A DNA stretch of 29,192 bases, from IMG/VR virus record IMGVR_UViG_2700989521_000016; one strand, written 5' to 3'. Below the pieces are notes generated by a model. The model did not search any database. It was not told where the DNA came from and saw only the letters and a program-made list of their open reading frames with translations. Both the position numbers and the translations under genes were made by a program. Shown here piece after piece: positions 14,625 to 23,693 of this stretch. The DNA is from a virus (taxonomy: Duplodnaviria > Heunggongvirae > Uroviricota > Caudoviricetes). Numbering within the stretch: the stretch's first letter is position 1; each line of letters opens with the position of its first letter.

Positions 14625-14946
14625 AACGCTGAGAGCACTTAGCCTGTTAAGGCACCACACTTTGTCGCGGCTCCATAAATGCTCTCATCGTTGTACCCTC
14701 GTCTCTTCCGAGGCGTCACACCGAATCGCCGGGATGGTGAATCCCCGTGCGCGGAATAAAACCGCTCGACTTGCACATTCCGGCTACCTGGTTCGTTTGC
14801 CCGAGCAAGGGAGGGTGCCCCTTAAACGTATCCAGGCCGCTATCGGCGCATGTGCCATACGCCGTACTGCTCAAAATAAAAGCTCACTCCACCTGTTCAA
14901 TTTAACGACAAGCCAGTCAGGTTAGTAACCGGAATGAACTTTTTGG

Positions 14947-14961
14947 TTACCTGAAAGGTAA
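14947..14961. promoter_or_regulatory. Perfect TTACC-N5-GGTAA palindrome at the head of the virion-gene operon
   Basis: TTACCTGAAAGGTAA read directly, right half-site runs into GGTAATAAT (possible -10); a second GGTAATAAT at 15017-15025. Confidence 0.6.
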
Positions 14962-15051
14962 TAATTCGTGCGTTAAATGTCAACCGACTACGATAAATAA
15001 ATCATATGTGGTTAAATTGGTAATAATTTAATTGCGTACGGAGTCATTGAT

Positions 15052-15258
15052 ATGTGCATGGGTAGCTCACCATCAGTGCCTGCAACACCAGAAGTTCAGG
15101 CAGCACCACAGGAGCAGGATGCCGCCGTTGTTGATGCCCGCGACGAAGAAACTCGTCGCCGTCGCGCTGCTGCTGGTCGTAGTTCTACGCTGCTTACCGG
15201 TTCTCAGGGCGACACATCAACCGCTAATACCAGCGGTAAAACGCTACTTGGTCAGTAA
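15052..15258 (+). CDS. Small hypothetical protein (68 aa) preceding the portal gene
   Basis: ATG at 15052 with CGGAG SD; Ala/Pro/Arg-rich; no family recognised. Confidence 0.5.
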   Translation: MCMGSSPSVPATPEVQAAPQEQDAAVVDARDEETRRRRAAAGRSSTLLTGSQGDTSTANTSGKTLLGQ

Positions 15259-15272
15259 CCGGAGTCATTGAA

Positions 15273-16952
15273 ATGGCGGAAACAACTAAAGAGCGATTGA
15301 ACAAACAGTTCGCACAACTTGAAAGCGAGCGTCAGTCGTTCGAGCCGCACTGGCGCGAGTTGAGTGATTACATCAACCCGCGTGGTTCCCGCTTTCTGAC
15401 TTCTGAGGTCAACCGTAACGATCGACGCAATACACGCATTATTGATTCGACCGGGACTATGGCGGCGCGCACTCTCGCCAGCGGCATGATGTCAGGCATC
15501 ACAAGCCCCGCGCGTCCGTGGTTTCGCCTGGCTACGCCAGATCCTGAAATGATGGATTATGGCCCTGTTAAGTTGTGGCTTGAGGCGGTGCAGAACCGCA
15601 TGAACGATATGTTTAATGAGTCGAATCTCTATCAGTCTCTGCCGCAGTTATACGGAAGCCTCGGCACATACAGCACTGGTGCAATGGCAGTGCTGGAGGA
15701 TGACGAGGACATCATTCGCACAATGCCATTCCCGATAGGCAGTTACTACCTGGCTAACTCACCTCGTGGCAGTGTGGACACCTGTTTTCGCAAGTTCTCT
15801 ATGACTGTTCGTCAGCTTGTTCAGGAGTTCGGGCTAAATAACGTCAGCGAATCCGTAAAAAGCATGTGGGAAAGCGGCACCTACGAGAAGTGGATTGAAG
15901 TGATGCATTCGGTTTACCCGAACATTGACCGCGATACATCGAAGCTGGATAGCAAGAACAAGCCATTCAAATCGGTTTATTACGAGGTTGGTGGCGATAA
16001 CGACAAGTTGTTGCGTGAGTCCGGATTCGATGAGTTTCCAATTATGGCTCCGCGCTGGGAAGTTAACGGCGAAGATGTTTATGGATCATCATGCCCGGGT
16101 ATGCTGGCGCTTGGACCTGTTAAGGCATTGCAGCTTCTCCAGAAGCGCAAGTCGCAGTTGATTGATAAAGCCACCAATCCGCCGATGGTTGCTCCGACTT
16201 CCCTCAAGAATCAGCGCGCCTCCCTTCTTCCTGGCGACATCACGTATATCGATCAGATTACTGGTCAGGATGGTTTCAGGCCTGCTTATCTGGTTAACCC
16301 CAGTACAGCAGATCTGGTAGCAGACATTCAGGACACTCGCCAAATCATTAACAGCGCCTACTTTGTCGATCTGTTCATGATGTTGCAGAACATCAATACC
16401 CGCTCGATGCCTGTTGAAGCGGTGATCGAAATGAAAGAAGAAAAACTTCTGATGTTGGGGCCGGTTCTGGAGCGTCTGAACGACGAATGTCTTAATCCTC
16501 TCATTGACCGCGCTTTCTCGATGATGGTGCGTAAAAACATGCTGCCGCCACCGCCTGACGCGATGGAAGGTATGCCCCTGAAGGTCGAATACATTTCCGT
16601 CATGGCTCAGGCGCAGAAGTCTATCGGCCTGTCCAGTCTGGCGTCTACGGTCAACTTCATTGGTCAACTTGCGCAAGCGAAACCAGAAGCTCTCGACAAA
16701 CTCAACGTTGATCAGGCGATCGATGCATTCGCTGATATGTCCGGAGTGTCTCCAACCGTCATTGTTCCGCAGGAACAGGTTGAGCAGGCTCGCCAGCAAC
16801 GGGCACAGCAACAACAGCAGCAACAAATGATGGCGATGGGGATGGCGGCGGCACAGGGTGCCAAGACGCTAAGCGAAGCTAAAACTTCGGATCCGAGTGT
16901 TTTGTCAGCTATGGCGAATGCAGTTAGTGGTCAGGGTGGGCAATCACAATGA
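15273..16952 (+). CDS. Portal (head-to-tail connector) protein, podovirus type
   Basis: 559 aa; position after terminase; size and C-terminal Gln/Ala/Met-rich tail (QQRAQQQQQQQMMAMGMAAAQG) recall podovirus connector proteins; family assignment from memory. Confidence 0.8.
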   Translation: MAETTKERLNKQFAQLESERQSFEPHWRELSDYINPRGSRFLTSEVNRNDRRNTRIIDSTGTMAARTLASGMMSGITSPARPWFRLATPDPEMMDYGPVKLWLEAVQNRMNDMFNESNLYQSLPQLYGSLGTYSTGAMAVLEDDEDIIRTMPFPIGSYYLANSPRGSVDTCFRKFSMTVRQLVQEFGLNNVSESVKSMWESGTYEKWIEVMHSVYPNIDRDTSKLDSKNKPFKSVYYEVGGDNDKLLRESGFDEFPIMAPRWEVNGEDVYGSSCPGMLALGPVKALQLLQKRKSQLIDKATNPPMVAPTSLKNQRASLLPGDITYIDQITGQDGFRPAYLVNPSTADLVADIQDTRQIINSAYFVDLFMMLQNINTRSMPVEAVIEMKEEKLLMLGPVLERLNDECLNPLIDRAFSMMVRKNMLPPPPDAMEGMPLKVEYISVMAQAQKSIGLSSLASTVNFIGQLAQAKPEALDKLNVDQAIDAFADMSGVSPTVIVPQEQVEQARQQRAQQQQQQQMMAMGMAAAQGAKTLSEAKTSDPSVLSAMANAVSGQGGQSQ

Positions 16953-17245
16953 CAGATTACGAAGACGATCAACTGAAAGAAGAAAACGCCCGTAAGCAAC
17001 GTGACATGGCGCAGCGTGAAATTGATGACATTCGCTTTGTCATGAGCAGTGAACAGGGGCGTCGCGTTGTATGGTCGGTGCTGGAGAAAGGCCGTGTGTT
17101 TTCCGCTATCTCACCGATGGACGCTATGGCAATGGCATTTAATGAGGGGCAACGCAATCTGGCGCTGGAACTGTTTCAGCGCGTTATGGCGCATTGCCCT
17201 GAACAGTATTTGAAGATGGCCAAAGAGGCCAGTGAACAGGAGTGA
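16949..17245 (+). CDS. Hypothetical acidic protein (98 aa) between portal and scaffold
   Basis: ATG overlaps portal stop (ATGA). Confidence 0.55.
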   Translation: MTDYEDDQLKEENARKQRDMAQREIDDIRFVMSSEQGRRVVWSVLEKGRVFSAISPMDAMAMAFNEGQRNLALELFQRVMAHCPEQYLKMAKEASEQE

Positions 17246-17247
17246 TC

Positions 17248-17943
17248 ATGAATTTATTTGAGCGTTTGCTGTATCGCCGTCTTTGCAATGAGCAACCAGT
17301 CGATGGTGGAGCAGCTCCGGCTGCGTCAGAACCGTCAGCGCCTGCAGGTGATAACCCTGCTCCAGTTGGTGATCCATCACAACAGGAAGGTGATAAGACA
17401 CAACCTGTTGCTGATGGCGATAAACCTGCTGATGACAAAAAGCCTGAAAGCGATAAGCAGGGTGAAAAAAAGGACGGCGATAAACCGGAGGGTGCGCCTG
17501 AGAAGTACGAGTTTCAGGCTGCTGAAGGCGTAGAGCTGGATACAGAAGCGTTGAAGGAATTCGAGCCGGTGGCGCGAGAACTTAACCTGACCAACGAGCA
17601 AGCGCAAAAGCTGGTTGATGCTTATCCGAAGATTCTGGCAGGTGTTCAGCAGCGCCAGGCAGAAGCCTGGCAGAAAACAACCGAGCAGTGGGCTGCGGAT
17701 GTAAAAGCTGACAAAGAAATCGGTGGCGACAAGTTGATTTCTAACCTTAGCGCCGCACAGCGTGCGCTTGACCAGTTCGGGACACCTGAACTCAAAGAGT
17801 ATCTGAACGCCACCGGGCTGGGTAATCACCCTGATCTGGTCAAAACGTTCGTGAAAATCGGAAAGGCGATGTCTGAAGATGGCATGGTCACCGGTGGTAA
17901 TGAAGGCCAGCGTAGTGCGGCCGAAGTGCTCTATGGCAAATAA
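17248..17943 (+). CDS. Scaffolding protein candidate
   Basis: 232 aa; highly acidic, Pro/Asp/Lys-rich low-complexity N-terminal region and helical C-terminus; position between portal and major capsid; ATG at 17248 with ACAGGAG SD (track gives GTG at 17242). Confidence 0.65.
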   Translation: MNLFERLLYRRLCNEQPVDGGAAPAASEPSAPAGDNPAPVGDPSQQEGDKTQPVADGDKPADDKKPESDKQGEKKDGDKPEGAPEKYEFQAAEGVELDTEALKEFEPVARELNLTNEQAQKLVDAYPKILAGVQQRQAEAWQKTTEQWAADVKADKEIGGDKLISNLSAAQRALDQFGTPELKEYLNATGLGNHPDLVKTFVKIGKAMSEDGMVTGGNEGQRSAAEVLYGK

Positions 17944-17951
17944 GAGAGGAA

Positions 17952-18944
17952 ATGACAATGGCTGTTAAAGGCTTAACTGCGCTAACGCTGGCTGACTGGG
18001 GTAAGCGCGTCGATCCAAACGGGAAAGTCGATAAGATTATCGAGCTTCTCGGTCAAACTAACCCGATCCTTCAGGATATGCCTTTTGTCGAAGGGAACCT
18101 TCCTACCGGACACCGAACCACCATTCGTTCTGGTTTACCTTCAGCTACCTGGCGTTTGCTGAACTATGGCGTACAGCCAAGCAAATCAACCACAGTGCAG
18201 GTCACCGATTCCGTTGGCATGCTGGAAACCTATGCTGAGGTCGATAAGTCACTGGCTGATCTGAACGGCAATACCGCCGAATTCCGCCTGTCTGAAGACC
18301 GAGCATTTATTGAAGCGATGAATCAGCAGATGGCGCAGACGCTGTTTTATGGTGATTCCAGCGTTAACCCTCAGCAGTTTATGGGACTGTCCTCCCGCTA
18401 TTCCAGCCTGTCTGCGGGTAATGCTCAGAACATCATTGATGCTGGTGGCACGGGTACAGATAACACCTCAATCTGGTTAGTGGTGTGGGGCGAAAACACC
18501 GTGCATGGCATCTTCCCGAAAGGGCAGAAGGCTGGCATTCAGATGGAAGATAAAGGCCAAGTGACACTGGAAGATGCTAATGGCGGCAAGTACGAAGGCT
18601 ACCGTACCCATTACAAATGGGATAACGGACTTGCTCTGCGTGACTGGCGTTATGTCGTTCGCATTGCAAACATCGATGTCAGCAATCTTTCAGAACCTTC
18701 CTCTGCCGCAAATATTGCGAAGTTGATGGTTAAAGCACTGCATCGCATTCCAAACCGTGGCATGGGGCGCCCAGTGTTCTACATGAACCGCACTGTAGGG
18801 CAGGCTCTTGATCTGCAATCTCTGGAGAAAACATCTCTGGCGATCAGCGTAAAAGAGACAGAAGGCGAGTGGTGGACTTCATTCCGTGGTGTACCAATCC
18901 GTGAAACTGATGCGCTTCTGGAAACAGAAGCCCGCGTGGTGTAA
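17952..18944 (+). CDS. Major capsid protein candidate
   Basis: 330 aa; position after scaffold; followed by a stable hairpin and then a terminator, typical of highly expressed capsid genes; alternative ATG at 17958 has better SD spacing. Confidence 0.7.
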   Translation: MTMAVKGLTALTLADWGKRVDPNGKVDKIIELLGQTNPILQDMPFVEGNLPTGHRTTIRSGLPSATWRLLNYGVQPSKSTTVQVTDSVGMLETYAEVDKSLADLNGNTAEFRLSEDRAFIEAMNQQMAQTLFYGDSSVNPQQFMGLSSRYSSLSAGNAQNIIDAGGTGTDNTSIWLVVWGENTVHGIFPKGQKAGIQMEDKGQVTLEDANGGKYEGYRTHYKWDNGLALRDWRYVVRIANIDVSNLSEPSSAANIAKLMVKALHRIPNRGMGRPVFYMNRTVGQALDLQSLEKTSLAISVKETEGEWWTSFRGVPIRETDALLETEARVV

Positions 18945-18960
18945 CGCCTGTTATTAACCT

Positions 18961-18980
18961 GTGGGTCGTAACAGACCCAC
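18961..18980 (+). other. Perfect 7-bp stem-loop (GTGGGTC-GTAACA-GACCCAC) in the intercistronic region after the capsid gene
   Basis: Read directly; no U tract, so more likely an mRNA processing or stability element than a terminator. Confidence 0.5.
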
Positions 18981-18995
18981 TAATGGAGAAAGAAG

Positions 18996-19433
18996 ATGAT
19001 CACCGACAAACTGTTGATGTTCTCCGAAGCTCAGGCGGTTACGAATACCGCGGCTTCTACTGACGTAATCGATCTCGGTCCAATTGACGGAAAACATCGT
19101 GATATCGGCGTGGGTTACCCGCTTGAGTTTTGGGCGCTGGTTAACACAGCCGCCGCGGCAAGCGGTGATGCAACTGTAAACATCCAGTTGCAGACGAGTG
19201 AGAATAACAGCTCATGGACCACTATTTATGATAGTGGCGCACTGGCAAAGACCGCCCTGACAGCAGGTAAACGAATTGTTTCTGCAAAGGTGCCTGCCGG
19301 TGTTAAGCGATATCTGCGTGTTAACTACTCCGTCGCAACTGGCCCACTAACGGCTGGCGAATTCACTGCTGGTATCAGTCTTGATGTTGATGCCAATACG
19401 CCGTATCCGATCCGCTCAAAAGTAATTGGTTAA
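18996..19433 (+). CDS. Hypothetical virion protein (145 aa), possible capsid decoration or accessory protein
   Basis: ORF with GGAGAAAG SD; position after capsid gene. Confidence 0.6.
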   Translation: MITDKLLMFSEAQAVTNTAASTDVIDLGPIDGKHRDIGVGYPLEFWALVNTAAAASGDATVNIQLQTSENNSSWTTIYDSGALAKTALTAGKRIVSAKVPAGVKRYLRVNYSVATGPLTAGEFTAGISLDVDANTPYPIRSKVIG

Positions 19434-19443
19434 GGTGATATCG

Positions 19444-19779
19444 ATGTCAGGTGAGAAACCAAGATACCGCGTTCTGCGCCTCTCTCATATCCATAACACA
19501 CTGTGGCCGGAGGGGGCAGAAATCGAATACGAAGGTGAGCCTGGTAGCGCACTGGAACCTGTTAACGATGCAGCCAGACAGGCAAAAGCAAAGGTAGCAG
19601 GAAAGGTGTCTATGGCAGCAACCAGCACCAAAATCATCAACGATGTGTCAGATGATGGTGAACTGGATAAGCTCCGTGAAGAGTACGAATTGCTCTTTAA
19701 CGAGAAGCCACACCATAACGCCAAAGCCGAAACGCTCCGCGAGAAGATCGCAGATAAGCGTAAAGAACTGGGCGTGTAA
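19444..19779 (+). CDS. Hypothetical protein (111 aa)
   Basis: ATG at 19444 with AAGGTGA SD (track begins at TTG 19426). Confidence 0.55.
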   Translation: MSGEKPRYRVLRLSHIHNTLWPEGAEIEYEGEPGSALEPVNDAARQAKAKVAGKVSMAATSTKIINDVSDDGELDKLREEYELLFNEKPHHNAKAETLREKIADKRKELGV

Positions 19780-19794
19780 GCCTCGCGAATCAGA

Positions 19795-19816
19795 CAAGGG
19801 GCTTCGGCCCCTTTAT
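19795..19816 (+). terminator. Rho-independent terminator after the capsid gene cluster
   Basis: Stem AAGGGGC/GCCCCTT with TTCG tetraloop followed by TATT. Confidence 0.65.
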
Positions 19817-19829
19817 TGCAGGAGTGTAT

Positions 19830-20153
19830 ATGGAACTCGTAAACCTCAAAACCGGCACTGACAGCTACCAGGATGAGAGCGGAGAAACCAGAACTCGCGA
19901 TGAATACCCGTGGGGGCTGTGCATCACTCTTAATAACGACACATTGAATAAGCTGAAGGCGCAACCTCAGGGCGTCGGAACAGAAGTGATGATAACTGCA
20001 AAGGCTGTTATTCGAGGCCTGTCTGCCAGAGAAACTGACGATGGTGTTAATCGCAGCGCCGATCTGCAGATCACTGATATGGCGATCGCTCCTGTTTCCG
20101 GGGATGTAGAAAAATCAGCGGCTGAAACCCTGTACGGCAATGGGGGTGAGTAA
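19830..20153 (+). CDS. Hypothetical virion-module protein (107 aa)
   Basis: ATG at 19830 with GGAG SD (track gives GTG 19824). Confidence 0.55.
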   Translation: MELVNLKTGTDSYQDESGETRTRDEYPWGLCITLNNDTLNKLKAQPQGVGTEVMITAKAVIRGLSARETDDGVNRSADLQITDMAIAPVSGDVEKSAAETLYGNGGE

Positions 20154-20758
20154 TGGCCTCTGTAGTAGAGATCTGCAATCGTGCGCTGTCCAATATTGGC
20201 AATAGCCGCAGCATTAACAGCCTGACGGAAGCCAGCAAGGAAGCGGGGGAATGTTCGCTGCACTTTGAGGCCTGCCGTGATGCTGTGCTTTCTGATTTTG
20301 ACTGGAACTTTGCTACCAAACGCGTGTCGCTTGCAGATACGAGCAATCCACCGCCTGACTGGGAATATGCGTATCAGTACCCGTCCGATTGTCTGCGCAT
20401 TACTGAAATTATGCTTCCTGGTGTACGCAATCCAACAGCAGCAATGCGCGTTCAGTACGAAGTTGGTGCAGACACCAACGGAACAGGAAAGTTGATCTAC
20501 ACAGACCAGCCTCAGGCATGGCTCAAGTATGTCTCTCGCGTTACAGATGTGAACATGTTTGATGCCATTTTTATGGAGGCGTTGGCCTGGCGTCTTGCGG
20601 CAGCTATTAACATGGCGCTGACTGGGAATGCAGACCTCGGTACGTTTGCCCTCAATATGTACAATCGCGTGATTCTTAGTGCTGGCTCGCATAGCCAGAA
20701 TGAATCACAGGAACCACAGCCACCGGTTGATGAGTTTACCATTGCGAGGTTGTCCTGA
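20153..20758 (+). CDS. Tail tubular protein A / gatekeeper-like (podovirus gp11-like, tentative)
   Basis: 201 aa; immediately upstream of the large tail tubular B-like gene; size and position match podovirus gp11; ATG overlaps previous stop (TAATG). Confidence 0.6.
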   Translation: MASVVEICNRALSNIGNSRSINSLTEASKEAGECSLHFEACRDAVLSDFDWNFATKRVSLADTSNPPPDWEYAYQYPSDCLRITEIMLPGVRNPTAAMRVQYEVGADTNGTGKLIYTDQPQAWLKYVSRVTDVNMFDAIFMEALAWRLAAAINMALTGNADLGTFALNMYNRVILSAGSHSQNESQEPQPPVDEFTIARLS

Positions 20759-23229
20759 TGGCTATCAGTTGGATCCAGCCCAGCTTTGCCGGTGGTGAGA
20801 TTGGACCGTTGTTGTACGGGCGTATTGACATGGCGAAGTACCAGGTGGCATTGCGCAAGTGCGATAACTTTATCGTGCGGCAGTATGGCGGCGTTGAGAA
20901 TCGACCTGGTACGCGTTTTGTCGGTGCCGCCAAATACCCAAATCGGAAATGCCGCCTGATCCCGTTCCAGTTCTCGACGGTTCAGACCTATGCTCTGGAG
21001 TTCGGACACCAGTACATGCGCGTTATCAAAGATGGTGCGTTGGTGCTGAACAGCAGCAATGTTATTTATGAAATTGCCACGCCATATACTGAAGCCGATC
21101 TGTTCCGAATTAAATTCACGCAAAGCGCCGACGTGCTTACGCTGGTTCACCCGGCATACCCGCCGAAAGAGTTGCGCCGATATGCTCATGACAACTGGCA
21201 ACTGGTTGATGTGGTAACGAAGAACGGGCCATTTGAAGATATCAATATTGACGAGTCAGTGACGGTTTATGCCAGCGCCAGCACCGGGACAATTACGTTA
21301 ACGGCAAGCGCCTCTATTTTTGGCGCGGAGCAGGTAGGAAAATTGTTCTATCTGGAACAGCCTGCAGTGGATTCAGTGCCGGTATGGGAAACCAGTAAGA
21401 GTACGTCGATTGGCGATATTCGCCGTGCAGACAGTAACTACTATCGCGCCGTTACAGCAGGCAAAACAGGTACTTTGCGCCCTTCGCATACAGAAGGCAC
21501 ATCATGGGATGGCTGGGGCGGATCCGGTGATGATGATACTGGCATTGAGTGGGAATATCTGCACAGTGGTTTTGGCATTGCCCGTATCACTGCTGCAAAT
21601 GGAACTACTGCAACTGCCGAGGTGATTTCCTATATCCCTTCGCAGGTAGTTGGCGAGGATAATGCCAGCTATAAATGGGCTAAATATACCTGGAACAGTG
21701 TTAATGGTTATCCTGGCACTGTTGTTTATTATCAACAACGTCTTTACTTCGCCGCATCGACTGCGTTCCCTCAGACTATCTGGGCCAGCCGTACCGGGGA
21801 TTATAAGGATTTTGGCAAAAGCAATCCTACGCAGGATGACGACAGAATTATCTACACCTATGCCGGGCGTCAGGTTAATGAGATCCGCCACCTGATTGAT
21901 GTCGGTTCGCTGGTGGCACTGACTTCCGGAGGTGAGTACGTCATCACCGGCGACCAGAACAAAGTGTTAACCCCATCATCATTTGCATTCAGCTCTCAGG
22001 GATCAAATGGCTCGAGCAATGTCCCACCAATTGCCGTGGCGAATATTGCTCTGTTCGTCCAGGAGAAAGGCAGTGTTGTCCGTGATTTGGCCTACTCATT
22101 CGATGTTGACGGCTATCAGGGGAACGACCTGACCATCCTTGCCAATCATCTTTTTCAGAAGCACAGCATTGTTGACTGGTGCTTCTCTATTGTCCCTTAC
22201 TCCAGCGCCTTCTGCATTCGTGATGACGGTAAATTACTGGTGATGACCTATTTGCGTGATCAGCAGGTTTTTGCATGGGCACCACAATCCAGTACCGGAA
22301 AATATGAAAGCACATGCAGTATCAGCGAAGGCAATGAAGATGCGGTGTATTTCGTCGTTAACCGAACCGTTAACGGGCAAACAGTGAGATACATCGAGCG
22401 GCTGTCCAGCCGTTTATTTACCAGCGATGAAGATGCTTTCTTTGTTGATTCTGGCCTTAGCTATGATGGAAGAAATACGTCTGACAGAACGATGACCATC
22501 ACTGGTGGTTCTGGCGAATGGGATTACCGCGTGGAATATACAATCAGTATTTCTGGTGGTGCGTACTTCACCAGTAGTGATGTCGGTGCGCAACTACAGT
22601 TCCCTTATACCGGAACTGATCCTGATACTGGCGATGAAGTGTCAAAAGAATTACGTTGCGACATTATTTCTGTAACCAGCAACACCGCTGTAGTGGTTCG
22701 TGCTAACAGGAACGTCCCGCCATCCCTCAGGAATGTGGCCACCACGAACTGGCAGATGGCGTGCCGGGCATTTGGCGGCTTGTCTCATCTTGAAGGTCAG
22801 ACCGTAAACATCCTCTCTGATGCGAACGTGGAACCACAGAAAGTAGTTTCCGGAGGTGCCGTCACGCTTGAATCACCAGGGGCTGTAGTGCACATCGGCC
22901 TGCCAATAACTGCTGAATTCGAAACACTGGATATCAACATTAACGGACAGGAAACGCTGCTGGACAAAAAACAGGTGATCCCGTCCGTTACTCTGGTTGT
23001 GAATGCCAGTCGCGGCATCTGGGCGACTACTCCCGGCGGTAAATGGTACGAATATCCACAGCGTGAATTCGAGTTCTACGATGATCCTGTTGATGACGCT
23101 ACCGGAAAAGTAGAAGTGAAACTGGACAGTAACTGGGGCAAAAACGGACGTGTAAAAATCCGTCAGCTTGATCCGTTGCCGCTGTCTGTTCTTGCCGTTA
23201 TTCCTCGCCTTACTGTTGGGGGATTCTGA
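20758..23229 (+). CDS. Tail tubular protein B / nozzle-like (podovirus gp12-like, tentative)
   Basis: 823 aa; segment QQRLYFA...SRTGDYKDF...DDDRIIYTY...SLVALTSGGEYVITG parallels T7 gp12 as recalled; start overlaps previous stop (TGATG). Confidence 0.7.
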   Translation: MAISWIQPSFAGGEIGPLLYGRIDMAKYQVALRKCDNFIVRQYGGVENRPGTRFVGAAKYPNRKCRLIPFQFSTVQTYALEFGHQYMRVIKDGALVLNSSNVIYEIATPYTEADLFRIKFTQSADVLTLVHPAYPPKELRRYAHDNWQLVDVVTKNGPFEDINIDESVTVYASASTGTITLTASASIFGAEQVGKLFYLEQPAVDSVPVWETSKSTSIGDIRRADSNYYRAVTAGKTGTLRPSHTEGTSWDGWGGSGDDDTGIEWEYLHSGFGIARITAANGTTATAEVISYIPSQVVGEDNASYKWAKYTWNSVNGYPGTVVYYQQRLYFAASTAFPQTIWASRTGDYKDFGKSNPTQDDDRIIYTYAGRQVNEIRHLIDVGSLVALTSGGEYVITGDQNKVLTPSSFAFSSQGSNGSSNVPPIAVANIALFVQEKGSVVRDLAYSFDVDGYQGNDLTILANHLFQKHSIVDWCFSIVPYSSAFCIRDDGKLLVMTYLRDQQVFAWAPQSSTGKYESTCSISEGNEDAVYFVVNRTVNGQTVRYIERLSSRLFTSDEDAFFVDSGLSYDGRNTSDRTMTITGGSGEWDYRVEYTISISGGAYFTSSDVGAQLQFPYTGTDPDTGDEVSKELRCDIISVTSNTAVVVRANRNVPPSLRNVATTNWQMACRAFGGLSHLEGQTVNILSDANVEPQKVVSGGAVTLESPGAVVHIGLPITAEFETLDININGQETLLDKKQVIPSVTLVVNASRGIWATTPGGKWYEYPQREFEFYDDPVDDATGKVEVKLDSNWGKNGRVKIRQLDPLPLSVLAVIPRLTVGGF

Positions 23230-23693
23230 TGATCGATGTTCAAATTATTCCCGCAACCGAAGAGCATCTTCAGATGATTTTGCCGGATGTTCGTCAGGCT
23301 GATATTGACGAACTGTATGCTGTATCGCTGATGACTACCGAAGATGCGCTGCGTGTTGGTCTGCGCACTGCGACCATGGCCTGGTCAGGATTTGCAAACG
23401 GAGAACTGGTAACCATGTTTGGTGTATCTCCGGCGTCAATGATTGGTGGCAATGGTACGCCCTGGCTGGTCGGAACCAGCCGTATTGAAAAATATCAGAA
23501 GACATTTCTTCGCCACTGCCGCCCTGTATTGCAGCAGATGCTGGCAGTTTATCCGCGCCTGGAAAACTACGTCGACGAGCGAAACCATGTTGCCAAAGCA
23601 TGGCTGCACTGGCTTGGATTCAGGCTTGAAGAAGCCGCGCCTTATGGTGCTCTTGGTCTTAATTTCCACAGATTTCACATGGAGAGAAAATAA
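23229..23693 (+). CDS. Hypothetical virion protein (154 aa), positional equivalent of podovirus internal virion protein A
   Basis: Start overlaps previous stop (TGATG); no family recognised with confidence. Confidence 0.55.
   Translation: MIDVQIIPATEEHLQMILPDVRQADIDELYAVSLMTTEDALRVGLRTATMAWSGFANGELVTMFGVSPASMIGGNGTPWLVGTSRIEKYQKTFLRHCRPVLQQMLAVYPRLENYVDERNHVAKAWLHWLGFRLEEAAPYGALGLNFHRFHMERK

Noticed and set aside
14690-14770. Second tRNA or tRNA fragment
   Set aside because: Hairpins are present but no acceptor stem or 7-nt T-loop with conserved TTCRANYC pattern could be built by hand.
14662-14925. 87-aa plus-strand ORF in the non-coding region
   Set aside because: Arg-rich, no RBS, sits in GC-rich structured DNA; more likely non-coding. 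The region is kept as a finding, but the ORF is not called.
16089-16826. 245-aa minus-strand ORF
   Set aside because: Lies wholly inside the portal gene on the opposite strand; Leu/Arg/His-rich composition typical of antisense reading frames.
17377-17958. 193-aa minus-strand ORF
   Set aside because: Antisense to the scaffold gene; product is Leu/Phe-rich low complexity.
19967-21201. Two overlapping minus-strand ORFs (241 and 229 aa)
   Set aside because: Antisense to the tail tubular A/B-like genes, which are in a tightly coupled plus-strand operon; no RBS support.
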